Source of the DNA: Calditrichia bacterium
GTDB taxonomy: Bacteria; Calditrichota; Calditrichia; JAJRVZ01
NCBI GenBank assembly: GCA_963796965.1
Contig: CAWCNS010000006.1
Coordinates: forward strand, 96,001 to 160,000
Direction: 5' to 3'
Length of the DNA stretch: 64,000 bases
The notes below the pieces were generated by a model that searched no databases, was not told where the DNA came from, and saw only the letters and a list, made by a program, of their open reading frames with translations. Position numbers and translations under genes: made by a program. Below, in pieces: positions 54,109-64,000 of the stretch; positions within the stretch are counted from its first letter, which is position 1, and the number at the start of each line of letters is the position of its first letter.

Positions 54109-54360
54109 ATGGATTTAACCAGTTTGATTACATTTCTGCTCATCGGTGCGATTGCTGGTTGGTTGGCTGGCAAGATTATGAAAGGTGGTGGTTTTGGGCT
54201 TATTGGAAATATTGTTATTGGAATAATTGGCGCCCTGATTGGTGGGTTTTTATTTGGATTACTGGGAATCACGGCCGGTGGAATCTTAAGTTCTATTGTT
54301 ATGGCAACAGTCGGTGCTATTGTTCTGCTTTACATTGTAAAATTGATAAAAAAAATATAA
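54109..54360 (+). CDS. GlsB/YeaQ/YmgE stress-response membrane protein
   Basis: IGAIAGWLAG..GGGFGLIGNIVIGIIGA..ATVGAIVLL, with SD GGAGG. Confidence 0.92.
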   Translation: MDLTSLITFLLIGAIAGWLAGKIMKGGGFGLIGNIVIGIIGALIGGFLFGLLGITAGGILSSIVMATVGAIVLLYIVKLIKKI

Positions 54361-54610
54361 CCGGATTAGGGTGCCTGCAATATCTGTTTTCTGACACACC
54401 ATCCTTATTATCTTTACCCCAAATCATTATATCTTTTCCATTCATAGCGCAATCATATCAATTAAATTAAATATATTTCTTTGTTTTACTGGGATTTTTA
54501 AAAAACCTGTCGATAAAATAGACATATAAGTATTTTAGTTTACTCGGTTTATCTTGATTTCACCGCTAATTATATAGAGTTAGATTTTAGAATTAACAAA
54601 CTATTTTGAT

Positions 54611-57600
54611 ATGTTTGCATTTATGATTAATAAAAATAAATATAAAAGTTTTCTAACCAGGAAACAGGAAAATAAAAGCCTTGAGATTAACAGAGATGAC
54701 ATTAAACTGTTAAAAAGCCAATTGCTGTATGCGGAGTCGCGGCTTAAAGAGAGCGAAAATAGATATTTATCACTTTTTGAATCATCTCCAGATCCAATTA
54801 TTATCTATTCAAATGGCAAAATTGTTGAATTGAATAAAGCTGCTCTTGATTTTGCTGAAATCGATAATCCCAGCGATCTGCTTGGTCGCTCTGTGATGGA
54901 TTTTGTGCATCCAGATTATAAAGATCTTGCCGCAAATCGACTGAAAATTGTACTTGAAAGTAATAAGGCAACCGGAATGGTCGAAGAGAAATTCATCTCT
55001 GATATGGGAAACGTAAAAGATGTTGAAATTGTTTCTCTTCCTTTTACTTACAATGGGGAAAAAGCTGTACAGGTTGTATTCCGCGACATAACCGAACGGA
55101 AAGAAACTGAGAGCGCTTTAAAAAACAGCGAGCAAAGATTTCGTACACTTGTAGAAAGCACCAGTGATTTTATCTGGGAGGTAGATAAAAATGGTACTTA
55201 TACATATGTAAGTCCACAAATCCAGTCGATCTTGGGCTATTCCCCATCAGAAATTATTGGCAAAACCCCTTTTGATCTCATGACGACTAGTGAGGCTAAA
55301 CGTTTAAAAAAGGTTTTCACTGAACATCTAAAAAGTCGGTCTACACTAAGAAATCTTCAAAATACAAATCTTCATAAAAACGGTAAAAAAATCGTCTTAG
55401 AAACTCATGGCGCTCCCATAATTTCTGATGACGGGAAATTGCTAGGGTATCGGGGAATCGACAGAGATATTAGCGAGAGAAAAGAAACTGAAAAAGCTTT
55501 AATGCAATCTGAAGATAATTTTAAACGATTAGTTGACAATTCTCTTAGCGGCATTTATATCACTCAAAATCATGTCATGAAATATTGTAATCATAAAATG
55601 GCAGAAATTTTTGGATATAATAATCCAGAAGATTTGAATGGTGTACACATTAAAACAATGGTTGCACCAGAAAGCTGGGAGTTGGTCGACAAGGAAGTTA
55701 ATTTCCGTATCTCAGGCAAAAAAGAGACATCTCGGTATGAATTTCTTGGGCAAAAGAAAGATGGATCTTATTTTCACGTTGAGATATTAGGAAGCAGAAT
55801 TATGCTAAATGGAAGCCCTGCCATGCAGGGGACATTGCTTGATATATCCGAGCGTAAAGAGGCAGAGGAAGAATTAAGAAAAAGTGAGGAGCGCTATCAT
55901 CAGTTATTTGATTTTCTTCCATATGGTGGTGAAGTATTAGATACCAAGGGATATATTATCGATTGTAGCCCTAGCTCAACTCATATTTTAGGATATTCAC
56001 GTGATGAACTTATAGGCAAGCATGTCACTGAGTTATTTCACGAAGATTCAATTCCAATTTACAAGGAAAAATTTCCCCAGATTAAAAGCGGTGAATTAAT
56101 AAGTTCTGAACTTAAGGTAATACGAAAAGACGGAAAGATCCTGGATATATTACGTGCTGGACAGCCAATTTTTGACAAGAAGAAAGAAAAGGTTACCGGT
56201 ATTCTTGCCCTTAATATTGATATTACAGAATGGAAACAGGCGATAAGAGAAACCAAACGGTTGGCAACCGTTGTTGAACAGGCCTCTGAAGTTATTGTCA
56301 TTACAGATATAGAAGGTACTATCAACTATGTAAATCCCGCTTTTGAGAAATCAACTGGATATAGGTCTGAAGAAGTTATAGGTCAAAATCCCCGAGTATT
56401 AAAAAGTGGTGTTCAGGATAATTTGTTTTACAAAAATCTATGGGATACGATTCGAAGAGGAGAAATGTGGCAGGGCGTCTTCACAAATAAGCGCAAAAAT
56501 GGTGAAGTATATTATGAAGAAGCTGCTATTTTTCCAATCCGTGATGAAAATGATAAAATTGCTAATTTTGCTGCCATTAAACGAGATATTACTCTTGAAA
56601 GAGAATTAGAACAACAATTAAAGCAGATGCAAAAAATGGAAGCATTAGGTACCCTATCAGGTGGTGTGGCTCATGATTTTAATAATCTTCTGACAATCAT
56701 AAATGGTCACGCTGAAATTGCTCTGTTACATACTTCCAAAGATGCTCGCGTCTATACCGATCTGGCAGCAATTATGAATGCTGGTAAACGTGCTGAAAAT
56801 CTTATCAGTCAGCTCCTCGCCTTTAGCCGAAAACAGTTACATGAGCCAAAAGTTATTGATATTAACCTCCTCATTACCGATCTAAAGAAAATGCTGCTTC
56901 GATTAATCCCAGAGGATATTTCTATTAAAGATATACTGAACCGGGATCTTCCTTATATCAAAGCAGATCACAGTCAAATTGAGCAAATATTAATTAATCT
57001 TGTGGTAAATGCCCGCGACGCTATTAAAGAGAAGAATGATCCCGGCCCGGATAAACATATAACAATTCAAACTTCATTTATTGAACTCAATAATTTATTT
57101 GTTGAATCACATCCTGGCAGTCAACCAGGTTCCCATTTGCTAATGTCGGTAAGTGATACAGGCATTGGTATGGAGGAAAGTGTAAAAAACAGGATATTTG
57201 AGCCATTTTTTACCACAAAAGAAATCGACAAGGGGACAGGATTAGGTTTAGCAACTGTTTATGGGATTGTTAAACAAAATGGCGGCTTCATTGAAGTCGA
57301 TAGCGAAAAGGGAATGGGTACAACCTGTAATATCTACTGGCCTACCACCAAAGATAAACCCTCTCCGGAATTAGCACAGATGCTCAAACACAAGGCATTA
57401 TCCGGATCGGAGACTGTTTTGTTGGTCGAGGATGATGAAGGCGTTCGTGACTTTACTGCTACTACCCTTGAGAATTTTGGGTACAATATCATTCAGGCAG
57501 TGAATGGACAGAAGGCTATTGACATTTTAGAAAAAGATAGACCAAATATCGAACTATTAATAACCGATATAATCATGCCGGAAATGAACGGTCAGGAATT

Positions 57601-57778
57601 AGCTAAAAGACTGGAAAATACTATACCTTTGAATCGTGTGCTTTTTGTATCCGGCTATACTTTTGACCATTTGAGGCGAGACGGTGCACTTGAAGAAGGA
57701 ATTAATTTTCTGCAAAAACCATATTCAATTCATGATATTTTAAGCAAGGTTAGAAACATACTCGATTCCAAAAATTAA
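54611..57778 (+). CDS. Soluble hybrid histidine kinase (5 PAS/PAC, HisKA, HATPase, receiver)
   Basis: Five PAS units ending in DIT/DIS, GVAHDFNNLL, FFTTK..GTGLGL, receiver LLVEDD..TDIIMP..KP. Start is uncertain. Confidence 0.93.
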   Translation: MFAFMINKNKYKSFLTRKQENKSLEINRDDIKLLKSQLLYAESRLKESENRYLSLFESSPDPIIIYSNGKIVELNKAALDFAEIDNPSDLLGRSVMDFVHPDYKDLAANRLKIVLESNKATGMVEEKFISDMGNVKDVEIVSLPFTYNGEKAVQVVFRDITERKETESALKNSEQRFRTLVESTSDFIWEVDKNGTYTYVSPQIQSILGYSPSEIIGKTPFDLMTTSEAKRLKKVFTEHLKSRSTLRNLQNTNLHKNGKKIVLETHGAPIISDDGKLLGYRGIDRDISERKETEKALMQSEDNFKRLVDNSLSGIYITQNHVMKYCNHKMAEIFGYNNPEDLNGVHIKTMVAPESWELVDKEVNFRISGKKETSRYEFLGQKKDGSYFHVEILGSRIMLNGSPAMQGTLLDISERKEAEEELRKSEERYHQLFDFLPYGGEVLDTKGYIIDCSPSSTHILGYSRDELIGKHVTELFHEDSIPIYKEKFPQIKSGELISSELKVIRKDGKILDILRAGQPIFDKKKEKVTGILALNIDITEWKQAIRETKRLATVVEQASEVIVITDIEGTINYVNPAFEKSTGYRSEEVIGQNPRVLKSGVQDNLFYKNLWDTIRRGEMWQGVFTNKRKNGEVYYEEAAIFPIRDENDKIANFAAIKRDITLERELEQQLKQMQKMEALGTLSGGVAHDFNNLLTIINGHAEIALLHTSKDARVYTDLAAIMNAGKRAENLISQLLAFSRKQLHEPKVIDINLLITDLKKMLLRLIPEDISIKDILNRDLPYIKADHSQIEQILINLVVNARDAIKEKNDPGPDKHITIQTSFIELNNLFVESHPGSQPGSHLLMSVSDTGIGMEESVKNRIFEPFFTTKEIDKGTGLGLATVYGIVKQNGGFIEVDSEKGMGTTCNIYWPTTKDKPSPELAQMLKHKALSGSETVLLVEDDEGVRDFTATTLENFGYNIIQAVNGQKAIDILEKDRPNIELLITDIIMPEMNGQELAKRLENTIPLNRVLFVSGYTFDHLRRDGALEEGINFLQKPYSIHDILSKVRNILDSKN

Positions 57779-58075
57779 AATCCCAATAGGTCCTCCAGAA
57801 GATCCATAGGTTAGAAAATGATTGATGTTAGGAATTTCTATATTATCTATATAAAATGAGTTTTCAACAGGACTGCCTCCACGAACTATTAATCCATTAC
57901 TTTGATCGTTAACTTTAGCAACACTTGGCCGGCTCATCACTATCCGATCTACATCGCCCGCAGAACTAAATGCCCACCTAATTTCTTCATGGGAGAAATT
58001 TACGACACTTTATGGTTGTTCATCCTTTTTTACGAAGTACCCACCCCTTATTGATATAGATTCTGTTTCTAGTAA
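57775..58075 (-). pseudogene. TonB-dependent receptor plug-domain remnant
   Basis: LETESISIRGGYF..QP*SVVNFSHEEIR..SAGDVDRIVMSRPSVAKVNDQSNGLIVRGGSPVENSFYIDNIEIPNINHF..GSSGGP, with an in-frame TAA at 58010-58012. Truncated at the kinase stop. Confidence 0.75.
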
Positions 58076-58217
58076 ATGGGGTTATAATTGACCTTTTACA
58101 TGTCCAAACCACAGGCCTGGACCAAAATACCTAAATATCTTATATTATCATTTAGAAAAAAACTTGTAATTTTATTTTTCCATGTTTACCTTTTATTGCG
58201 TTTAAAGAAAGATTCTC

Positions 58218-58301
58218 ATGAAAAAGTCATTGCTCTCTTCATTCAATCATTGGTTTTGGTGGTGCCCGGTAAAGTACGGCAGATGGGATGGTATGAACTA
58301 A
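58218..58301 (+). CDS. trpL: Trp attenuator leader peptide MKKSLLSSFNHWFWWCPVKYGRWDGMN
   Basis: Four Trp codons (W-F-W-W..W), followed by a terminator, upstream of trpB2. Confidence 0.85.
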   Translation: MKKSLLSSFNHWFWWCPVKYGRWDGMN

Positions 58302-58328
58302 AGAAATCTTCAAACAAATAAACAACCT

Positions 58329-58364
58329 AAACCCGCTGCCTTCAAAGGACAGCGGGTTTTTTTT
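58329..58364 (+). terminator. Attenuator terminator
   Basis: AAACCCGCTG..CAGCGGGTTT plus a T tract. The antiterminator partner is GGCAGATGGG at 58278-58287. Confidence 0.85.
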
Positions 58365-58384
58365 AACCAATTCTGGAGGTACAC

Positions 58385-59656
58385 ATGGACAAAAAGATTT
58401 TATTAAAAGAGGCGGATATTCCGCAAAATTACTATAATGTTGCGGCCGATTTGCCCTTCCCACTTGATCCCCCCCTACACCCGGCTACAAAAGAACCTGT
58501 TACGCCTGACGATATGTCCCCTATTTTTCCAATGGCTTTAATTGAGCAAGAAATGAGTCCTGTGCGGGATATCCCCATTCCGGACGAAGTGAGGGAGGCT
58601 TATGCTATTTATCGTCCCACGCCTCTTATTCGTGCCACTGGTTTAGAAAAGGCCTTGAACACACCTGCCAAGATTTATTATAAATATGAAGGAGCATCAC
58701 CGGCAGGAAGTCACAAACCGAACACTGCCATTGCACAAGCTTATTATAACAAAAAAGAAGGTACCAAAAAGTTGTTCACAGAAACTGGTGCAGGCCAATG
58801 GGGAAGTGCTCTAGCCTGGGCATGCTCAATTTTTGGATTAGATTGTACGGTATATATGGTACGAATTAGTTATGATCAAAAGCCTTATCGAAAAACTATG
58901 ATAAATATGTATGGAGCCGAGATTTTTCCGTCTCCTTCTGATCGAACTGAAACCGGAAAAAAGATCCTCAGTGAACATCCGGACAGCCCTGGTAGTTTGG
59001 GAATAGCCATCTCTGAAGCTATGGAAGAAACGTTAAAAGATGATAGCGCCAAATATTCCCTCGGAAGTGTTCTTAATCATGTTATGCTCCACCAAACCGT
59101 AATTGGAATTGAAGCAAAAAAACAGATGGAAATTGCTGGAGCCTACCCAGATGTCATTATTGGTTGCCATGGTGGAGGAAGCAATTTTGCCGGCATAGCA
59201 TTTCCGTTTATACCTGATAAAATTAGTGGTAAAGATATAAACTTTATTGCCGTTGAACCTGAATCATGCCCGACTCTCACCAAGGGGAAAATGGAATATG
59301 ATTTTGGAGATAACGCTGGCTTTACACCTCTCCTAAATATGTATACACTTGGTCATAATTTTATTCCACCGGCTATGCACGCTGGAGGTTTGCGCTATCA
59401 TGGAGCATCCCCTCTAGTAAGTGCTTTATTAAAGAACGATTTAATTTCTGCGCAGTCAATATCTATAGAAAAAGCATTTGGCGGGGCACGTTTGTTTACA
59501 AAAACAGAGGGAATTATTCCGGCTCCTGAATCTTCGCATGCGGTTCAAATGGCTATTATGGAGGCTGAGAAGGCCAGAGAAGAAGGAAAGGAAAAGAATA
59601 TTTTATTCAATCTTTCCGGACATGGTTTGTTAGATATGGCTGCCTACGCAGAGTAA
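58385..59656 (+). CDS. trpB2: Tryptophan synthase beta chain type 2 (TrpB2)
   Basis: [47 protein letters not shown]. Confidence 0.95.
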   Translation: MDKKILLKEADIPQNYYNVAADLPFPLDPPLHPATKEPVTPDDMSPIFPMALIEQEMSPVRDIPIPDEVREAYAIYRPTPLIRATGLEKALNTPAKIYYKYEGASPAGSHKPNTAIAQAYYNKKEGTKKLFTETGAGQWGSALAWACSIFGLDCTVYMVRISYDQKPYRKTMINMYGAEIFPSPSDRTETGKKILSEHPDSPGSLGIAISEAMEETLKDDSAKYSLGSVLNHVMLHQTVIGIEAKKQMEIAGAYPDVIIGCHGGGSNFAGIAFPFIPDKISGKDINFIAVEPESCPTLTKGKMEYDFGDNAGFTPLLNMYTLGHNFIPPAMHAGGLRYHGASPLVSALLKNDLISAQSISIEKAFGGARLFTKTEGIIPAPESSHAVQMAIMEAEKAREEGKEKNILFNLSGHGLLDMAAYAE

Positions 59657-59710
59657 TCTGTCTGTAAGATTAAAAAAGAATACGCTTTTTAGTTTTCTAA
59701 CTACTTAAAG

Positions 59711-59745
59711 TGTCGCCTGTTTTTGAAAAGGGCGGCATTTTTTTT
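59711..59745 (+). terminator. Intrinsic terminator after trpB2
   Basis: TGTCGCC..GGCGGCA plus T8. Confidence 0.7.
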
Positions 59746-59896
59746 AATCTGAGAATAAAATAAATTTGAATATTGATCAATTTAATGGTATTCCAAGGAA
59801 TAGATCTATTTATATCTGCAGATAATATTTGTATTTGAATCTTTTCTGTTATTATCTTTCACCCGTTATTCGAAAAATTCGAAAGGAGAGATTTGA

Positions 59897-60253
59897 TTGA
59901 AAAACAATGCTTATTTTCATAATCCCCGTTGTCGAAAAAGCCGGGAGGGTATTGATCTGCTCAAGAAGATGGATTTGGATTTTGAGATAATAGAATATTT
60001 ACAGTCTCCCCCATCTGAGGAGGAATTGACAAATATATTAAATCACCTGGAAATGAAACCTCTTACACTAATGCGAACGCAGGAGAAGGTATTTAAAGAA
60101 TTAAATCTTTCAAAAAATGACGTAAGAGATGATGAGGAATGGATTCGCATTATGGTTGAGAATCCAATTCTTATTGAACGACCGATCTTAGTCTACAATG
60201 GCAAGGTTGCATTGGGAAGACCACCTGAAAATTTATTAACTATAATTTTATAA
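59897..60253 (+). CDS. arsC: ArsC family (glutaredoxin-type arsenate reductase-like) protein
   Basis: HNPRCRKSR, ILIERPI, GRPPE. TTG start with SD AAGGAG. Confidence 0.85.
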   Translation: MKNNAYFHNPRCRKSREGIDLLKKMDLDFEIIEYLQSPPSEEELTNILNHLEMKPLTLMRTQEKVFKELNLSKNDVRDDEEWIRIMVENPILIERPILVYNGKVALGRPPENLLTIIL

Positions 60254-60457
60254 CAGGAACAAAATTGAAACTTTAAAATTTTCACCAGTTGTGTAGACTT
60301 GTCATCGATATATTATTTGAGTTGTTTTTTGCCATAAATTGCCTTATTATTTCATGTGCCATTCATGATATAGAGATCAATGAAGTGCAATACTTTTTAT
60401 ATGTAAATATGCAAAGTCTTTTAATTAAATAGTTTTGCTTTATTCAGGAGGAAATTG

Positions 60458-61036
60458 ATGTTAACTATTACTACCCTCGCCGTAACAAAGATCAAAGAAG
60501 CCATTGACAACTATAGTAAACCGGTAGTAGGGATTCGCGCAATTGCACAGGCCAGGTCTCCTTTTCAAATATCATATGGACTTGCCTTTGTTGACGATGA
60601 GACAATAAATAAAAATGATAAAATCACTGATGTCGGAGATATAAAGGTATACATTGAATCAGATCAGGAGCACTACTTTGAAGAGGTTACTCTTGATTAT
60701 GAGGACGGATTATCCGGTACTGGATTTAAATTCACCAATCTTCCTCGAGTACCCAAAAAATATCTTGGTACTCTGGCTGAAAAGGTTGTTAAAGTAATTG
60801 ACGAGGAAATAAATCCAGGTATTGCCAGTCATGGAGGGTTTGTCTCGCTCGTTGATATCAAAGATAATGATGTTGTCATTCAGATGGGTGGTGGCTGTCA
60901 GGGTTGCGGAATGGCTAATGTTACATTGAAAGATGGAATCGAGGTAGCTTTGAAAAATGCTATCCCCGAAATTGGTGCTATATACGATGTTACTGATCAT
61001 GCTGATGGGAAAAACCCTTATTATAAAGGCAGTTAA
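60458..61036 (+). CDS. nfuA: Fe-S biogenesis protein NfuA
   Basis: Degenerate A-type N-domain plus NifU domain INPGIASHGG..GGGCQGC..DVTDH. Confidence 0.9.
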   Translation: MLTITTLAVTKIKEAIDNYSKPVVGIRAIAQARSPFQISYGLAFVDDETINKNDKITDVGDIKVYIESDQEHYFEEVTLDYEDGLSGTGFKFTNLPRVPKKYLGTLAEKVVKVIDEEINPGIASHGGFVSLVDIKDNDVVIQMGGGCQGCGMANVTLKDGIEVALKNAIPEIGAIYDVTDHADGKNPYYKGS

Positions 61037-61076
61037 AGAAAGCAGCTTTTGCTTTCCAGATTACTTTGGTAAACCA

Positions 61077-62102
61077 ATGTCCCAGGCAGAATATAAAGTT
61101 GCAAAATGGTGGCGAAAAGAAGAAAACGGTAAAATCCGATGCACCCTTTGTCCCCGATATTGCAGAATTGGAACAGGACAAAGTGGATTCTGCTTCATCC
61201 GACAGAATATAGATGGCAAACTTATAACCACAGGTTATGGTCATCCCACTGGTTTTGCTATAGACCCGATTGAAAAAAAACCTCTATCTCATTTTTTCCC
61301 AGGCTCGACTGTTCTGAGTTTTGGTACTGCCGGATGTAATTTGGGATGCCGCTTTTGCCAAAACTGGTCCATAAGCAAAGCCCGTTCAGAAAATCTCCAC
61401 TCTCTTTCTGCGACCCCTGAGCAAGTGATCCAATTAGCCCAAAAACACCAGGCTCCTTCCATTGCTTATACTTACAATGATCCAACTATATTTGGCGAAT
61501 ACGTTATTGACATTTCCAAATTGGCACATGAAGAGAATATTCGTTCAGTCATGGTCACTGCAGGGTATATTGATAAAGAAGCACGAAAGGACGTCTTTAA
61601 ATATATTGATGCTGCTAATGTTGATTTAAAAGCCTTTACTGACCAATTTTATTATGAACTCACTTTCTCTCATCTTAAGAATGTATTGGATACTCTCATT
61701 TGGATTAAACACGAAACCGACATCTGGCTCGAAATTACAACGCTACTAATTCCTGGTGAAAATGATTCAAATGAAGAAATAGCAAAAATGTGTGAATGGA
61801 TTCTTCAAAACCTGGGTGATTCTGTTCCCTTACATTTTACCGCATTTCATCCTGATTTTAAAATGGTTGATAAACCTCGTACCCCTGAATCAACGTTAAA
61901 AGTGGCACGACGTATAGCATTGGATTCAGGAATTTTATATTGCTATGTGGGTAATGTATATGATCGGGATGGCCAGACAACTTATTGTCCTGAGTGTGGA
62001 AAGTCTGTAATCATCAGAGATTGGCATAGTATTATTAAGAATTCTCTCAATAAGAATATATGCCCATCTTGTGGTTATAAGATAGCAGGGATTTTTGATT
62101 AA
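61077..62102 (+). CDS. amrS: AmmeMemoRadiSam system radical SAM enzyme
   Basis: CTLCPRYC, DPIEKKPL, CNLGCRFCQNWSIS, AYTYNDP, C-terminal CPEC/CPSC. Likely start is ATG 61077. Confidence 0.9.
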   Translation: MSQAEYKVAKWWRKEENGKIRCTLCPRYCRIGTGQSGFCFIRQNIDGKLITTGYGHPTGFAIDPIEKKPLSHFFPGSTVLSFGTAGCNLGCRFCQNWSISKARSENLHSLSATPEQVIQLAQKHQAPSIAYTYNDPTIFGEYVIDISKLAHEENIRSVMVTAGYIDKEARKDVFKYIDAANVDLKAFTDQFYYELTFSHLKNVLDTLIWIKHETDIWLEITTLLIPGENDSNEEIAKMCEWILQNLGDSVPLHFTAFHPDFKMVDKPRTPESTLKVARRIALDSGILYCYVGNVYDRDGQTTYCPECGKSVIIRDWHSIIKNSLNKNICPSCGYKIAGIFD

Positions 62103-62141
62103 CAATTATGGATTTGAATAAATCATAATGATCAGATTATT

Positions 62142-62822
62142 TTAGCTGATCTGTTCAACCTCCAGTATTCTAAACGCTTCACTAAATTTATACTTATTTG
62201 ATTCTTTTGAGACTGTATTTTTAATATAATCTTCGATTTTGGAGAAATCTGGAAATTGCGATTTATGACAAGCCAGAAGATCTAATTTTAGTTCAATTTG
62301 ATCAGTAATATCCTCGAAGTGATTTGGATTGTTGGATCCAAAGAAATAAATCTTTTTAACCTGGTGTCGATCTCCTGGATACATATGTAAGTTTTTTGCC
62401 GCAAAACAGGCATCATATACTGCTTCTGAGATAATTCTATGATCACGATGTAATAGATTCAAATTATTAAAATCTCGATTCGCAGGATCGAAACTAAAGA
62501 CTATTTCTGGTTTGTATATTTTTATTATTTCAACCAGCTGCTGGCGCAACTCTTCTGTATAAGTAAGAAAACCATCAATATAATCTAAAAACACCACCTT
62601 TTTGACACCAAGCTTTTGTGCTACCTGTAATTGCTCGCCGACCCTAATGGCAACTCTTTCCTTTGGTGGGATTTGTCCACCGAACTTAAAGCCATTTTCA
62701 CCATTTGTAACTACAATATAAATAATTTCATATCCTCGACCTATCAGTTTTGAAAGTGTACCTGTACTAGTAAATTCAAGATCATCAGGATGTGCGGCAA
62801 AAGCTATAATTGTTTTATTCAA
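62142..62822 (-). CDS. PIG-L/LmbE family deacetylase
   Basis: AHPDDLE, TNGE, HRDH, HKSQF, EAF. Confidence 0.9.
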   Translation of the reverse strand: MNKTIIAFAAHPDDLEFTSTGTLSKLIGRGYEIIYIVVTNGENGFKFGGQIPPKERVAIRVGEQLQVAQKLGVKKVVFLDYIDGFLTYTEELRQQLVEIIKIYKPEIVFSFDPANRDFNNLNLLHRDHRIISEAVYDACFAAKNLHMYPGDRHQVKKIYFFGSNNPNHFEDITDQIELKLDLLACHKSQFPDFSKIEDYIKNTVSKESNKYKFSEAFRILEVEQIS

Positions 62823-62994
62823 TTAACATTTCCTTTTCAATTCAATTTTAATTTATTCCCACAGTTAAGAACTGATTAATTTGAGAACAGAAAAATAATA
62901 TAATTATTTGGTTAATAGACTTAAACAATAAATTGAAAGTTTTATTCCTATTTAAAATATCTTCTACGTGACTAAAAATCTGATATTTTATTAA

Positions 62995-63031
62995 AATAAA
63001 AAAAGCGTATCTCTAATTGAAATACGCTTTT
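62995..63031 (-). terminator. Terminator of the sdh operon
   Basis: AAAAGCGTAT..ATACGCTTTT stem with a minus-strand U tract. Confidence 0.75.
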
Positions 63032-63053
63032 CGGTTCACTATATAATAGATTG

Positions 63054-63806
63054 TTAAGCCATAGCCTTCATGAACTCTCTTCGCATTCTGGCAATGGATG
63101 TAATCGATATCTCTTTTGGACAGACCGCTTCACATTCACCATGGTTCGAACATGCACCAAATAATTCCTCATCCATTTGGGCTACCATTCTTTCTGCACG
63201 GCGTTTAGCTTCTGGATGTCCTTGAGGTAAGAGAGCAAAATGTGAGATTTTTGCTCCTACAAAAAGAGCGGCTGAGGCATTTGGACATGCAGCTACACAA
63301 GCCCCACACCCAATACAGGCAGCCATATCCATAGCCTCATCTGCATTTTCTTTTTTTACGAGAATGCTTCTTGCCTCAGGAGCACCGCCAGTTCGAACGG
63401 TTATGAATCCCCCTTTAGCTGTAATTCGATCCAGAGCAGTTCGATCAACAACTAGGTCTTTAAGCACAGGAAAAGCCTTTGCCCTCCAGGGTTCAACAAC
63501 AATCGTATCATTATCTTCAAATTCCCGCATTCTCAATTCACAAGTCGTCGTACCACTTCTTGGACCATGCGCAGTACCGTTAATGACAAGACCACACATG
63601 CCGCAGATTCCTTCGCGACAATCATTGTCAAATTCAACCGGATCGCCATCATTATTAATAATATCCTCATTCATAATATCCAACATTTCCAAAAAAGACA
63701 TATCCGGATTAACATCATTAACAGTGTATGACTCAAAACGGCCTTTTGCTTGTTCATTCTCTTGACGCCAAATTTTGAGATGTATTGTTAAATTTTTATT
63801 CTCCAT
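63054..63806 (-). CDS. sdhB: Succinate dehydrogenase/fumarate reductase iron-sulfur subunit
   Basis: CREGICGMC, CIGCGACVAACP, CSNHGECEAVCP. Confidence 0.95.
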   Translation of the reverse strand: MENKNLTIHLKIWRQENEQAKGRFESYTVNDVNPDMSFLEMLDIMNEDIINNDGDPVEFDNDCREGICGMCGLVINGTAHGPRSGTTTCELRMREFEDNDTIVVEPWRAKAFPVLKDLVVDRTALDRITAKGGFITVRTGGAPEARSILVKKENADEAMDMAACIGCGACVAACPNASAALFVGAKISHFALLPQGHPEAKRRAERMVAQMDEELFGACSNHGECEAVCPKEISITSIARMRREFMKAMA

Positions 63807-63817
63807 TGACCATCTCC

Positions 63818-64000
63818 TTACTTATAGCTGCGTTGCGTAGGTGTTACATTTTCGAAGACCAGAGGTTCCTTATGTAGGTCCCAGTCCCTATCTAGCCCTT
63901 TAAATTCCCAGGCAGATGAATAGGAAAAATTTTCATCATCACGTAATGCTTCCCCTTCATCAGTCTGACTTTCATCTCTGAAATGTCCACCACATGATTC
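63818..64000 (-). CDS. sdhA: Succinate dehydrogenase/fumarate reductase flavoprotein, C-terminal end (partial)
   Basis: Translates [42 protein letters not shown]. Confidence 0.92.
   Translation of the reverse strand, partial: ESCGGHFRDESQTDEGEALRDDENFSYSSAWEFKGLDRDWDLHKEPLVFENVTPTQRSYK

Noticed and set aside
58088..58463. ORFs 58088-58321(+) and 58239-58463(-)
   Set aside because: They overlap the Trp leader and attenuator, which explain the region better.
847..63765. Numerous short antisense or nested ORFs in the ORF track
   Set aside because: They are shadow frames of well-supported genes with no independent evidence.
1..64000. CRISPR arrays, tRNA/rRNA, T-box or metabolite riboswitches, transposases
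   Set aside because: None recognisable by eye. An Rfam or tRNAscan run would be needed to exclude divergent RNAs.

Overview
AT-rich bacterial chromosomal window with no rRNA, tRNA, CRISPR or intact mobile element; the gene families suggest an FCB-group lineage such as Calditrichota (inference only). Contents in order: (1) a ~16 kb co-directional envelope operon of Spy/CpxP-like lipoprotein, ABC ATPase, giant ABC-2 permease with a pseudo-M1-peptidase ectodomain, TolC, MFP, RND, a second RND fused to an ABC ATPase whose NBD is split by a membrane insert, and a small ABC-2 permease; (2) HhH-GPD glycosylase, serA, sfsA, saccharopine dehydrogenase-like gene, rlmB; (3) a fadR-fadIJ-ACAD-etfBA operon with a perfect FadR box; (4) pheA and a DAHP synthase-chorismate mutase fusion; (5) ilvDBNC-leuBACD-cimA; (6) DUF4405-czcCBA; (7) a 5xPAS hybrid kinase, trpB2, arsC-like, nfuA, amrS, PIG-L deacetylase and sdhB/sdhA. 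Features absent from the ORF track: three leader-peptide attenuators (aromatic, Trp, and a branched-chain leader that appears to act by sequestering the SD), two pseudogene remnants, and three +1 frameshifts that all map at or next to an AGCT tetramer.
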